Under the pieces are notes generated by a model, which saw only the letters and a list, made by a program, of their open reading frames with translations, was not told where the DNA came from and made no database searches. A DNA stretch of 39,517 nt, from NCBI GenBank assembly GCA_043741355.1, contig JAYUAL010000438.1:1-39517 (forward strand), given 5' to 3'. Below, in pieces: positions 23,427 to 34,940 of this stretch. Both the position numbers and the translations under genes were made by a program. How positions within the stretch are numbered: position 1 is the stretch's first letter; each line of letters begins with the position of its first letter. The DNA comes from Gemmatimonadales bacterium. GTDB taxonomy: Bacteria > Gemmatimonadota > Gemmatimonadetes > Gemmatimonadales > GWC2-71-9.

Positions 23427-26400
23427 GCGCCGGGCATCTGCTCACCAACGGGCGCTATCGCGTCCTCGTCACTCCGTCCGGCGCCGGGTACTCGGCGCTG
23501 GGTGAGGTTTTGCTCACCCGCTGGACCGCCGACACCACCCGGGAGCCCGACGGCTGGTTCCTCTACGTCCGTGACCTCGAGACCGGGCGGATCTGGTCCG
23601 GCGGCCACCAGCCGGTCCAGCGTCCGCCGGATCGCTATGAGTTTCGCGCTGCGGACGGCCGGGTTAGAATCGAGCGCGAGGACTCTGGTATCGAAGTCGT
23701 CACCGAGATCGCGGTGGCCCAGGATGTCGACGTCGAGTGGCGCCGCTACACCGTTGTCAACCGGAGCGGCGGGCGGCGGCGTCTCGAGCTGACCACCTGC
23801 GCCGAAGTGGTCCTCAATACCCCCGCGGCCGATGCAGGCCATCCGGCGTTCTCCAAACTGTTCGTGCAGACGGAGTTTCTGCCCGGGCACGCTGCCCTGC
23901 TGGCCTGGCGGCGTCCGCGGAGCCCCGAGGAGGTTTCGCTCTTCGTGGGGCACGCGCTGTGGGGAGGCGGCCTTGCCACCGCCGGGCTCGAATGGGAAAC
24001 CGACCGGGCCCGGTTCATCGGGCGGGGGCGCACGCTGGGCACTCCTCACGCATTGATGTCCTTGGATCCGCTGTCCGGCACGGTTGGCAACGTGCTGGAT
24101 CCACTTTTCTCCCTCCGGCGCATCGTCGAGCTCGCGCCCGGTGCCTCGATACGGCTGGAAGGCGTGCTCGCCGCCGGGAGTGACCGCGGCGTGGTGGAGG
24201 TCCTGCTCACCGCCGCGCGCGAACCGGGCGCCTCCGATGCGGCTTTCCCCGCCCACGCCGAGCTCGGGCCGGCCACACGCCTTGCCGAATCGGCGGCACT
24301 CCTGTTCCGGCCCGCGCCCGCGGTCCTGGCCATGGCGCCGTGCACTGAGCCACTCCGGTTCTTCAACGGCTACGGAGGCTTTTCAGAGCGAGGCGACGAA
24401 TATGTGGTCCGGCTCGATCGCTCGGTCGATGAGCTGCGCCGCCCGCCGCTTCCCTGGGGCAACATCGTCGCCAACGAGGAGGCGGGCTTCGTAGCCACGG
24501 AGAGCGGGCTCGGCTTCACCTGGAGCGGAAACAGCCGGGAGAATCGCCTCACCCCCTGGTATAACGATCCGGTCTGCGATCCGGTAGGAGAGGCGGTGTA
24601 CATCCGCGAGGAGGAGGCCGGCCTCTACTGGTCACCGACCCCGGCCCCGGTTCCCGGATCGGGTGGGTACGAAGCCCGTCACGGATTCGGCCACACCTCG
24701 TGGCGGCACACCAGCCGGAACCTGGAGCAGGAGGTTCTCTGCTTCGTCCCGAAGGACGCCCCGGTCAAGATCGTCCGCATTAGGATCACCAACCAGAGCG
24801 CCGTCCCGCGCCATCTCTCTATTTTCTATTTTGCGGAATGGGTCCTTGGTACGCTGCGCTCGGAGGCGAAAGGAGCCGTGACCATCGAAGCAGTCGATGC
24901 TGGAGCGATCCTCCTGGCGAGGAATCCGGGAAGCGCAGACTTCGGAAAGCAGGTCTCCTTTGCCGCTGCCACCGGGCCCGACGAGGAAGGGAGACACTTC
25001 TCGGGTGACCGCGCCGCATTCCTCGGACGCTACGGCAGCGCAGCGGCCCCGGCCGGGGTTGGCGCGCGCCACACCCTCGATGGGCGGAGCGGCGCCGGCC
25101 TCGATCCCTGCGCGGCGTTCCAACTCCGTGCCGCGCTCGCGCCCGGCGCCACCGGGGAGTGGACTTTCCTCTTGGGCCAGACCGAGGGGCACGATGAGGC
25201 ACTGGCGCTCTGCCGGCGGTTCGGAGGCGCCGACGCTATCCAGCAGGCGTTCGAGGGAGTTGGCGCATTCTGGCGGGAGCTCCTCTCCGCCGTGCAGATC
25301 GAGACGCCATCACCCGCAATGGACGTGATGGTGAACGGATGGCTCACCTATCAGAACCTGAGCTGCCGGATGTGGGCCCGGTCGGCGCTCTATCAGTCCG
25401 GCGGCGCCTTCGGGTTCAGGGACCAGCTGCAGGACGCCGCGGCCCTGCTGTACCACCGGCCCGCACTCACCCGGGAGCAAATCGTTCTCCACGCCGGCCA
25501 CCAGTTCGTCGAGGGCGACGTGCTGCACTGGTGGCACCGGCCCTCCGGCCGGGGGATCCGTACCCGGTTCTCTGATGACCTGCTCTGGCTTCCGTTCATC
25601 ACCGAGTTCTACGTCGCCGCGACCGGCGATTCCAGCGTGCTTGAGGAGCCGGTCCGATTCCTCACCGCCCCTCCGCTCGAGGAGGGCGAGGATGAAACCC
25701 TGCTCGTCCCTCTGGACGCCGGAACGCCCGCCGATGTGTACGAGCATTGCTGCCGCGCGATCGACCGCTCGCTCACCCGCGGCAGTCACGGGCTCCCCCT
25801 GATGGGCAGCGGCGACTGGAACGACGGGATGAACCGGGTGGGGCGGTTGGGGCGGGGCGAGAGCGTCTGGCTCGGCTTCTTCCTCTATAAGATATTGCAG
25901 CGCTTCATTCCACTATGTCGAGCTCGCGGCGATGCAGCCCGCGCCGGCCGGTATGAAAGTTACCGGTCCGGCCTGTACCCAGCCCTCAACACGGCCGGCT
26001 GGGACGGAGAGTGGTACCGTCGCGCCTACTACGACGACGGCTCCCCGATGGGAGCAAAGGAGAGCGACGAATGCCGAATCGACGCACTGGCGCAGGCCTG
26101 GGCCGTGCTGTCCGGAGCGGCGGCGCCGGAACGCGCTGCCCAGTCCCTGGATGCCGTGGATCGCTACCTGGTGGATGAACCGGCGGGCTTGATTCGTTTG
26201 CTGACACCCCCCTTCGACCATACCCCGCGCGATCCCGGCTACATCAAAGGCTACCTCCCGGGCGTACGGGAGAACGGCGGCCAGTATACTCACGCGGCGC
26301 TCTGGGCCGTGCGGGCGCTGGCCGAGGCAGGCCGGCACCACCGCGCCGCCCATCTGTTCGACCGGCTCAATCCGGTGCACCACGGTGATACGCCGGAAAC

Positions 26401-26824
26401 GATCGAGGTCTACCGCGCCGAGCCGTATGTCGTGGCCGCGGACGTCTATGGCGTGGCGCCCCACCGCGGGCGGGGAGGCTGGACCTGGTACACCGGCTCG
26501 GCGGGGTGGATGTTCCGGGTGGCGCTGGAATCCATCCTCGGGCTCTCCATCGAGGCAGGAAGCACGCTGGTGCTCTCTCCATGCATCCCCGCGGAATGGC
26601 CCGGGTTCTCGGTGCGGTACCGGCTCCCCGATGGCCGCACCCACTATGAGATCGTCGTGAGCCGAACCGCCGGGCCCACTGCGGCGCGCGGGTCGGGCCT
26701 CGTGGTGCGGGTTACCGATGGCGTGGTGCGGGTTGAGCTCCGGAGCGACGGGGGGGTACACCGGGTCGAGGTGGAGCTCGGCAACGACGCCGGCCCCCGC
26801 TACCGGCCGTCCGGCGGGCCCTGA
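23423..26824 (+). CDS. GH94 glycoside phosphorylase, full length (1133 aa); candidate 1,2-beta-oligoglucan phosphorylase
   Basis: ATG 23423 overlaps the upstream stop (ATGA). It carries the GH94 motifs [36 protein letters not shown] and WYTGSAGW. There is no signal peptide. It is considerably longer than cellobiose/chitobiose phosphorylases. Confidence 0.8.
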   Translation: MSAGHLLTNGRYRVLVTPSGAGYSALGEVLLTRWTADTTREPDGWFLYVRDLETGRIWSGGHQPVQRPPDRYEFRAADGRVRIEREDSGIEVVTEIAVAQDVDVEWRRYTVVNRSGGRRRLELTTCAEVVLNTPAADAGHPAFSKLFVQTEFLPGHAALLAWRRPRSPEEVSLFVGHALWGGGLATAGLEWETDRARFIGRGRTLGTPHALMSLDPLSGTVGNVLDPLFSLRRIVELAPGASIRLEGVLAAGSDRGVVEVLLTAAREPGASDAAFPAHAELGPATRLAESAALLFRPAPAVLAMAPCTEPLRFFNGYGGFSERGDEYVVRLDRSVDELRRPPLPWGNIVANEEAGFVATESGLGFTWSGNSRENRLTPWYNDPVCDPVGEAVYIREEEAGLYWSPTPAPVPGSGGYEARHGFGHTSWRHTSRNLEQEVLCFVPKDAPVKIVRIRITNQSAVPRHLSIFYFAEWVLGTLRSEAKGAVTIEAVDAGAILLARNPGSADFGKQVSFAAATGPDEEGRHFSGDRAAFLGRYGSAAAPAGVGARHTLDGRSGAGLDPCAAFQLRAALAPGATGEWTFLLGQTEGHDEALALCRRFGGADAIQQAFEGVGAFWRELLSAVQIETPSPAMDVMVNGWLTYQNLSCRMWARSALYQSGGAFGFRDQLQDAAALLYHRPALTREQIVLHAGHQFVEGDVLHWWHRPSGRGIRTRFSDDLLWLPFITEFYVAATGDSSVLEEPVRFLTAPPLEEGEDETLLVPLDAGTPADVYEHCCRAIDRSLTRGSHGLPLMGSGDWNDGMNRVGRLGRGESVWLGFFLYKILQRFIPLCRARGDAARAGRYESYRSGLYPALNTAGWDGEWYRRAYYDDGSPMGAKESDECRIDALAQAWAVLSGAAAPERAAQSLDAVDRYLVDEPAGLIRLLTPPFDHTPRDPGYIKGYLPGVRENGGQYTHAALWAVRALAEAGRHHRAAHLFDRLNPVHHGDTPETIEVYRAEPYVVAADVYGVAPHRGRGGWTWYTGSAGWMFRVALESILGLSIEAGSTLVLSPCIPAEWPGFSVRYRLPDGRTHYEIVVSRTAGPTAARGSGLVVRVTDGVVRVELRSDGGVHRVEVELGNDAGPRYRPSGGP

Positions 26825-26825
26825 T

Positions 26826-28178
<1,353 letters not shown>

Positions 28179-28195
28179 CGGCGAAGGACATCCCC

Positions 28196-29284
<1,089 letters not shown>

Positions 29285-29388
29285 GGGGTTGGGAGGCCCA
29301 CCGCAACTATTCGGCCCGTCCAAGCGTCTACAGGAACATCGGGAGGCCGTCCCGGTCGCCCTCGTTGGCCCGATCAGGAGACTCCCAA

Positions 29389-29826
29389 ATGTCCCTTCGG
29401 CAAGCCCTCTTTGCGGCAATCCTGGCTTCCGGTACCGCGGCCACCGCTGCCGCCCAGGCAGAGGAATTCCCCTTTCGCAGGTTCGCCTTCAGAAATCGGG
29501 CTGTGCCCCGGCTCGACATTCGCCCCTACCGCTTCTCCATCGGTGGCTCCGATCGGATCCCGGCCAATGTGGAGCGGCTCCGGTTCCGCCTCCAGGAACG
29601 GAACCACGATCTCGCCAATCGCGTGAGGCTCGGGGAGTTCTCTTCGCCAGACTTGACCATGCGGCTCCGGAATCGTGACTTTGCCATGCGGGACGACGCC
29701 CGGCGCCGCCAGATGGAGTTTCGTTTCAGGGACATGGATCGGATTCGGGACCGCATCCGGGACCGCATGGACCATTTCCGGTTCGAGCGTCCCCTGATCA
29801 TGCGGCGGCATTCCCGCACCATCTGA
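29389..29826 (+). CDS. Small secreted Arg/Phe/Asp-rich protein; function unknown
   Basis: AGGAG (29376-29380) precedes ATG 29389. The signal peptide is MSLRQALFAAILASGTAATAAAQA. The mature part has low-complexity RFR/RDR periodicity (FRFRDMDRIRDRIRDRMDHFRFER). Confidence 0.5.
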   Translation: MSLRQALFAAILASGTAATAAAQAEEFPFRRFAFRNRAVPRLDIRPYRFSIGGSDRIPANVERLRFRLQERNHDLANRVRLGEFSSPDLTMRLRNRDFAMRDDARRRQMEFRFRDMDRIRDRIRDRMDHFRFERPLIMRRHSRTI

Positions 29827-29854
29827 ACCGGCGGCGGTCCGGCCCAGAACATCC

Positions 29855-31195
29855 TCAGGGGGGAGTGACGATCCCGAGAGGCTCCGTGGTCCTCCAACGA
29901 CCACGGGTAAAGTCGGGAACTTGGATCGGTCGGCTGCCGGCCTTGTTGGAGATCTCGGTCAGCGGGCCCACTACGCTCCACGCCGCCGCATCGTAGACGT
30001 TCTGATCGGTGGGAAGTCCTTCGCGCAGGCAGGTGATCAGCCGCCAGTCCTCCAGCCAGTCCATTCCACCGTGTCCGACTTTCGCGTTGAGGACACTGTC
30101 CTTTCTCCAGAGCGGATGGTCGTGGCTCTCGAACCACTGGGCCGCCGGATCCCAGCGGTCTTCCCCTTTGCTCATCCCCTCCACGTAGACCCGCTGCGGG
30201 TAGCCTTCCACCAGCCCCTTGGTGCCCTGGAGGACGTACTTCCTGCTGTAGGGACGGGGCAGGTTGGTGTCGTGGGTGACGTAGATCGTCTGGCCCAGAA
30301 CCGTGCGAATCAGGGTCGCGTTGACGTCGCCGAGCACGTACCGCTCGTTGCGGCGCGGGTCGCCGGCGGCCAGATGTTCGGCTTGCCAGCGCTGTAGCCC
30401 GCGGGAAGGGCCGCTCACCGAGGTCAAGTAGTCGAACTGATTCCCCCGGTTGATGCTCATTGCCTGGGAAACCGGCCCCAGCCCGTGGGTCGGGTAGAGA
30501 TTGCCGTTTCGCCGGGTGGCGTGGGCCCGGCGCCAGAGGCCCTCGCCTTCATTGCTGAACTTGATGCTCCGGAGATCGTGATTGTAGCCGCACTCTCCGT
30601 GCATCAGCTCGCCGAGAATCCCCCGCCGAGCCAGATGGAAGGCCAGCATCTCGAGCCTGTCGTAGCAGCAGTTCTCCATCATCACACAGTGCTTCTGGTA
30701 CTTTTCCGCTGCCTCCACCAGGGCCCAGCAGTCGTCCACGGTATATGCGATCGGCACCTCGGAGGCGGAGTGCTTGCCGTGCCGCATCGCGGCCAGGCAG
30801 ATCGGGACGTGCCACTCCCAAGGCGTGGCGTTGAAGACGAGATCGAGCTCCTCCTCGGCGCACAACCGCTCGAAGTCCCGCGGGCCCCTGGTATAGGCCT
30901 TCGGCTCGGGCCGTCCCGCGGCGACGATTTTCTGCTGCCACCCGGCGACTTTTTCGGGGACGATGTCGCAGAGCGCGGTGATCTCGACCCCGTCCAGCGC
31001 CAGCAGATTTTCGACGTGACTGCTGCCCTGGCCTCCCACACCGACGAATCCGATCCGGACCCGATCCATGGGGGCGGCGCGGTAGAGCAGGGTGGCCTGT
31101 TGGGGGAGCGGGGAACGGGGAGCCGGGAGCGGGAGGGCGCCCGCAGCCGCCGCCGCGACAGACTCCCTGAGGAATTCTCTGCGAGAAGTATCCAT
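29855..31195 (-). CDS. Tat-exported Gfo/Idh/MocA-family NAD-dependent oxidoreductase, GH109-like
   Basis: The twin-arginine motif is SRREFLR. The Rossmann N-terminus is RIGFVGVGGQGSSHV. The central segment HCVMMENCCYDRLEMLAFHLARRGILGELMHGECGYNHDLR resembles GH109-type proteins. Confidence 0.7.
   Translation of the reverse strand: MDTSRREFLRESVAAAAAGALPLPAPRSPLPQQATLLYRAAPMDRVRIGFVGVGGQGSSHVENLLALDGVEITALCDIVPEKVAGWQQKIVAAGRPEPKAYTRGPRDFERLCAEEELDLVFNATPWEWHVPICLAAMRHGKHSASEVPIAYTVDDCWALVEAAEKYQKHCVMMENCCYDRLEMLAFHLARRGILGELMHGECGYNHDLRSIKFSNEGEGLWRRAHATRRNGNLYPTHGLGPVSQAMSINRGNQFDYLTSVSGPSRGLQRWQAEHLAAGDPRRNERYVLGDVNATLIRTVLGQTIYVTHDTNLPRPYSRKYVLQGTKGLVEGYPQRVYVEGMSKGEDRWDPAAQWFESHDHPLWRKDSVLNAKVGHGGMDWLEDWRLITCLREGLPTDQNVYDAAAWSVVGPLTEISNKAGSRPIQVPDFTRGRWRTTEPLGIVTPP
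31102..31137. repeat. Degenerate GGGGAGC heptamer array (about 4-5 units) inside the 5' coding region of the GH109-like gene
   Basis: The units read directly are GGGGAGC (31103), GGGGAAC (31110), GGGGAGC (31117), CGGGAGC (31124) and GGGAGGG (31131). The array is complementary to the array at 31221-31269. Confidence 0.85.
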
Positions 31196-31220
31196 GCACC
31201 GATTCCTCTTATGTTTGTCC

Positions 31221-31269
31221 GCTCCCCGCTCCCCGCTCCCCGCTCCCCGCTCCCCGCTCCCCGCTCCCT
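31221..31269. repeat. (GCTCCCC)x6 perfect plus 1 imperfect heptamer tandem repeat; reads (GGGGAGC)n on the transcribed minus strand
   Basis: Read directly. The array fills 49 of the 76 intergenic bases between the M20 stop (31272) and the GH109-like start (31195). On the minus strand it fits G4-N3-G4-N3-G4-N3-G4. Confidence 0.9.
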
Positions 31270-31271
31270 GC

Positions 31272-32696
31272 CTAGGGCGTCAGCCTGCCACCGGAAAGCT
31301 GTTTCACCAGCTCATACCAGTACTCCGCCGCCTGGTGGTATTCCTTGACCCCCACCCGCTCGTCGCGCCCGTGCGCCCGGGCGTCGTTCATGTCGTCGAA
31401 GACCGCCCCGACGCCATAGGTCGGGATGCCGGCATTCCGGGTGTAGAGCCCATCGGTGGCCCCGGTGGACATTTCCGGCACGATCGGCACCCTGGGCCAG
31501 TATTTCCGGGCCAGCGCCTCCACCGGGCCGATCACGTCACGGCGGAGCGGGGAGGGCGGGCTCGGGCGGGCGACCGCCACCCGGGAAAAATGAATTGCCG
31601 TATCCGCGGCGACCCGCCGGAGTCGGGCCTCAACGCTGTCCACCGGCTCGTCCGGCTCGATCCGGCAATTCACTGTGGCCTTGGCAAGCTGGGGCAGCGC
31701 GTTGTCGGCGTGGCCGGCAAAGAGCCGCGTCGCCACGCAGGTGGTATGCAGCACCGAGTTGTAGTAGGGCGAGGCCGCCGACAGCCGCCGTGCCGCCATC
31801 GCGTCGCCGGTCTTGGCAACCAGGCGCATGTCGGCGGCCACCGCCTTCGATTCCGCCGCGGCGCCGCGCTCGAAGAACGCCCGGGTCACCTCGTTCAATC
31901 GCACCGGAAACTGGTAGTCCGCGAGCCGTGCCAGACCTCGGGCCAGGCGGTAAATCGCGTTGTCGGCTACCGGGCGGGAGCTGTGTCCGCCCTTGTTCCG
32001 CACTTCGAGCTCGAAGCTCTGGTAGACCTTTTCGGCCGCCTGCACGTTAAAGCGGATCGGAACGCCGCGGAGGTAGTCGCCGCCGCCACCGTCGGTGTTG
32101 AGGGCGTATTCCGCGTCCACCATGTCCCGGTGCTCGGTCACCAGCCAGCGGATGCTCTCACCGCTGGTCTCCTCGTCGGCCGTGAGCACGATGACCAGAT
32201 CCCGGTCGGGTACGAAGCCTTCCTTCTTGTACCGGATGAAATTCGCCACCAGCATCGCGGCGCCGTCCTTCACGTCGCTGGTACCCCGCCCGTAGTACCA
32301 CCCGTCCTTCTCCACGAATTGATAGGGGTCGGTGGTCCAGTCCTCCTTGCGGGCATCGACCACATCGAGATGCGCCATCAGGAGGATTGGCTTCTTGCCG
32401 CTCGCCGTCCCGCGATAGCGCGCCACCAGGCTGGCGTAGCGCGGGCTGTAGCCCACCACCTGGACGTCGACCGCGGGAAATCCCGCGGCGATCAGCCGGT
32501 CGGCCAGGGCCTTGGCAGCCAGTGGGGTGCCCCCCGCGGAATCGCTGGTATTGATCTCGATCAGCTCTTTCAGGATTTCGCGCTCGAGCTGCTTGGCGGC
32601 GGGATCCTTGCCTTGCTGGCTCACGGCCCGCGAGGGAAAGGTCAGGAAGCCGAGCAGCAGGGCGGGGAGGAGCATGGCGGTACGAATGCGAGACAT
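31272..32696 (-). CDS. Secreted M20/M25/M40-family metallopeptidase
   Basis: It has a signal peptide (MSRIRTAMLLPALLLGFLTFPSRAVS). M20 motifs are present: LLMAHLDVVD, YGRGTSDVKDG and LTADEE. Confidence 0.85.
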   Translation of the reverse strand: MSRIRTAMLLPALLLGFLTFPSRAVSQQGKDPAAKQLEREILKELIEINTSDSAGGTPLAAKALADRLIAAGFPAVDVQVVGYSPRYASLVARYRGTASGKKPILLMAHLDVVDARKEDWTTDPYQFVEKDGWYYGRGTSDVKDGAAMLVANFIRYKKEGFVPDRDLVIVLTADEETSGESIRWLVTEHRDMVDAEYALNTDGGGGDYLRGVPIRFNVQAAEKVYQSFELEVRNKGGHSSRPVADNAIYRLARGLARLADYQFPVRLNEVTRAFFERGAAAESKAVAADMRLVAKTGDAMAARRLSAASPYYNSVLHTTCVATRLFAGHADNALPQLAKATVNCRIEPDEPVDSVEARLRRVAADTAIHFSRVAVARPSPPSPLRRDVIGPVEALARKYWPRVPIVPEMSTGATDGLYTRNAGIPTYGVGAVFDDMNDARAHGRDERVGVKEYHQAAEYWYELVKQLSGGRLTP

Positions 32697-32838
32697 GGTG
32701 ATCCAGATTCCGAGGGAAGGGGCGTGTCGAGCCCGGAATCTGGCCTCGTTCCCGGCTCCCCGCTACCCGCTCGGCGGGATCCTGTGCAGCTTTGTTCTCC
32801 AGAAGCATCCTGCTGAGACACCTTTCCTCGGAGCAGTC

Positions 32839-33750
32839 ATGAACCGCGCCGCCGGCCGTCTCGGGATTCTCGCTCTCTTCCTGCTCCTGACTGGCTGCGA
32901 CCGGCAGGCCCGACTCGCGTCCGATGGGGCATCGGTTGCGGCCGCGCTCAGAAGCCGTGAGGCCGCCCCCGCCCCGGCCGTAGCACCCGCCGGGAAGGCG
33001 GCGTTCGCGATGGCGCTTCCGCCCGCGTCCCCCGGAGAGCAGCCGCTGCCGGGGCCGCTGACCGATTCGCTGGTTCCCTCGATGATCATCCGCACCGGGC
33101 AGGCCGAGATCAAGGTGGATTCACTGGAGCCCGCCATCAGGCAGGTCGAGGCCCTGGCTCGCAAGGTCGGGGGCTTCATCGCCAACAGCTCGATTCAATC
33201 GGGCGAGGGACAGCGACGCCGGGCCACGCTCCAGATCAAGGTGCCCGCCGCCCGCTACGAGCAGGCGATGTCGGGCCTTGCCGGTATCGGCAAGCTCGTC
33301 TCCTCGACCACCGACGCGCAGGATGTGGGCGAGGAATACGTGGATGTCACCGCCCGCGTGTCCAACGCTCGGCGGCTGGAGGAACGCCTGGTGACCCTGC
33401 TGGCCACCCGTACCGGCAAGCTCGAGGACGTGTTGATGGTGGAGCGGGAACTGGCGCGGGTGCGCGAGGAGATCGAGCGATTCGAAGGCCGGCTCCGCTA
33501 TCTCCGCTCCAACGTGGCGGTGAGCACGCTCGCCGTGACGCTGGCCGAGCCGGGACCGGTGGTGGGCGAGCCAGGCTCGAATCCGATCGTGGAGGCGTTC
33601 AAGCAAGCGTGGCGCAATCTGGTGAGCGTGGCCGCGGCTCTGGTTGCCGTCCTGGGCGGTCTGGTACCGGTCCTGCTGCTGGCAGTGCTTGGGTTTCTGG
33701 GCTGGAAGCGTTGGGGGAAGCAGAAAGTGGTGTCCCCGCCCCCGGGATGA
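32839..33750 (+). CDS. DUF4349-family lipoprotein with C-terminal TM anchor
   Basis: Internal ATG at 32839. The lipobox is LLLTGC. The body MIIRTGQAEIKVDSL...LQIKVPAARYEQ...DVGEEYVDVTARVSNARRLEERL...ERELARVREEIERFEGRLRYLRSNVAVSTL matches the DUF4349 pattern. A hydrophobic C-terminal helix is present. Confidence 0.75.
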   Translation: MNRAAGRLGILALFLLLTGCDRQARLASDGASVAAALRSREAAPAPAVAPAGKAAFAMALPPASPGEQPLPGPLTDSLVPSMIIRTGQAEIKVDSLEPAIRQVEALARKVGGFIANSSIQSGEGQRRRATLQIKVPAARYEQAMSGLAGIGKLVSSTTDAQDVGEEYVDVTARVSNARRLEERLVTLLATRTGKLEDVLMVERELARVREEIERFEGRLRYLRSNVAVSTLAVTLAEPGPVVGEPGSNPIVEAFKQAWRNLVSVAAALVAVLGGLVPVLLLAVLGFLGWKRWGKQKVVSPPPG

Positions 33751-33782
33751 CGCCGGTCACTGGTCACTGTTTCCCGAAGGGC

Positions 33783-34928
33783 TTACGGAACCACGACTAT
33801 CCCCACGGCGCCGCCGAACTCGGTCCGCTCGAGCCGAACTCCACCGGGGGCCGACCAGGGACCGCCGTTGACCCTGATGTTGACGCGGTGGACTCCCGCC
33901 GGGACCACCAGCTCGATTTCCCATACGGCCGGCGCAACCTGTACCAGCAGTACCGGGAGCCAATCCGTGAAATCGCCGATCAGTTCGACTGAGGTGGCGG
34001 TCGATGCGCGGACCCGGACCGTTCGTCGCTCTCCCGATCCGGTGATCTCGAGTGGCGGCCCACTCTCTTCCGTCGGCATGAGCCGGCCCCGCAGCACCCC
34101 GGAGGTGTGGAGCGGCACTGACGGCGCCGCTCGGCCCACCGTGCGCAACCGGAGTCCGGCGCTGAGGTACGCGGCCCCGAGCGTGTGGCGCACCGGATCC
34201 GCGGGGTACTTGCCGCCGCCCAGCCACACCGCGAGCCAGCGGTTGAGCGTTACCGCGGCACCGACCTCCCCGTATGACGTGATGACCAGGCCGACATCGC
34301 CTCCCGGGTCCCTCGCCCAAGGCCGCCCTCCCGCGCTGACCTGGAGCTCCAGGCGTGGCCCGGTCCACCGCATCGCGCCGACCAGATCCAGGTAGCGAAC
34401 CTGGCCCAGCACAGTGGTGGTGGCGGTTCCCACCAGGAACAGACGGTTCCGGATGGACCAGCCCGCCAGCGCCACTTCTACCGGCGCGGCGCCCGGTTCG
34501 CCGGACGCGCCCGCGTTGACGCCGATCCAGCCTCCGGTGCCGGCCCCGAAGATGTGCAGCCGGGCGCCGCCAAGGACGTGCGCGGCCGCGGCCCGGCCGG
34601 CGTACTGCGACGCCCCGGCCGAGCCGGACAGCTCGAGTCGCCACGAGCCGCTGGAGCCGGCCAGCCACGAAGCGGTCGCGGTGCCCTGGAGCACACCGTT
34701 GCCGCTCTCGAACACGGTCCAGCTTCCCAGACCGGCAAATGAAAGGCGAGGGGAATCGAAGCGGACGGCAGGAGCGAACACGAGAGCAGAGGAAGTGAGG
34801 AAGCCGTCGTACCGGACCACCGATGCGCCGGTGGTCAGGCTCCCCTCGGTTTGTGCGGTCAGGGGAACCGCGAAGCGCAGGAGCCCGGCCGCGATGACGA
34901 ATCCATCGCGCAAACGGCGGCCCCTCAC
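33783..34928 (-). CDS. Secreted protein: Gly/Ala-rich putative beta-barrel region plus C-terminal CBM48/AMPK-glycogen-binding-like domain
   Basis: GTG start at 34928 with a signal-peptide-like N-terminus. About 290 aa have an alternating beta-strand pattern. The C-terminus VELIGDFTDWLPV...VWEIELVVPAGVHRVNIRVNGGPW is homologous by eye to the anti-sigma ectodomain. Confidence 0.55.
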   Translation of the reverse strand: MRGRRLRDGFVIAAGLLRFAVPLTAQTEGSLTTGASVVRYDGFLTSSALVFAPAVRFDSPRLSFAGLGSWTVFESGNGVLQGTATASWLAGSSGSWRLELSGSAGASQYAGRAAAAHVLGGARLHIFGAGTGGWIGVNAGASGEPGAAPVEVALAGWSIRNRLFLVGTATTTVLGQVRYLDLVGAMRWTGPRLELQVSAGGRPWARDPGGDVGLVITSYGEVGAAVTLNRWLAVWLGGGKYPADPVRHTLGAAYLSAGLRLRTVGRAAPSVPLHTSGVLRGRLMPTEESGPPLEITGSGERRTVRVRASTATSVELIGDFTDWLPVLLVQVAPAVWEIELVVPAGVHRVNIRVNGGPWSAPGGVRLERTEFGGAVGIVVVP

Positions 34929-34940
34929 AGAGGGGTGTTC

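Noticed and set aside
33751-33782. The direct repeat GGTCACTGGTCACT between the convergent DUF4349 gene and the 33783..34928 gene, considered as a terminator or mobile-element end.
   Set aside because: The repeat is very short and has no stem-loop potential of note. Only its overlap with the GTGAC...GTCAC motif is reported, under findings.
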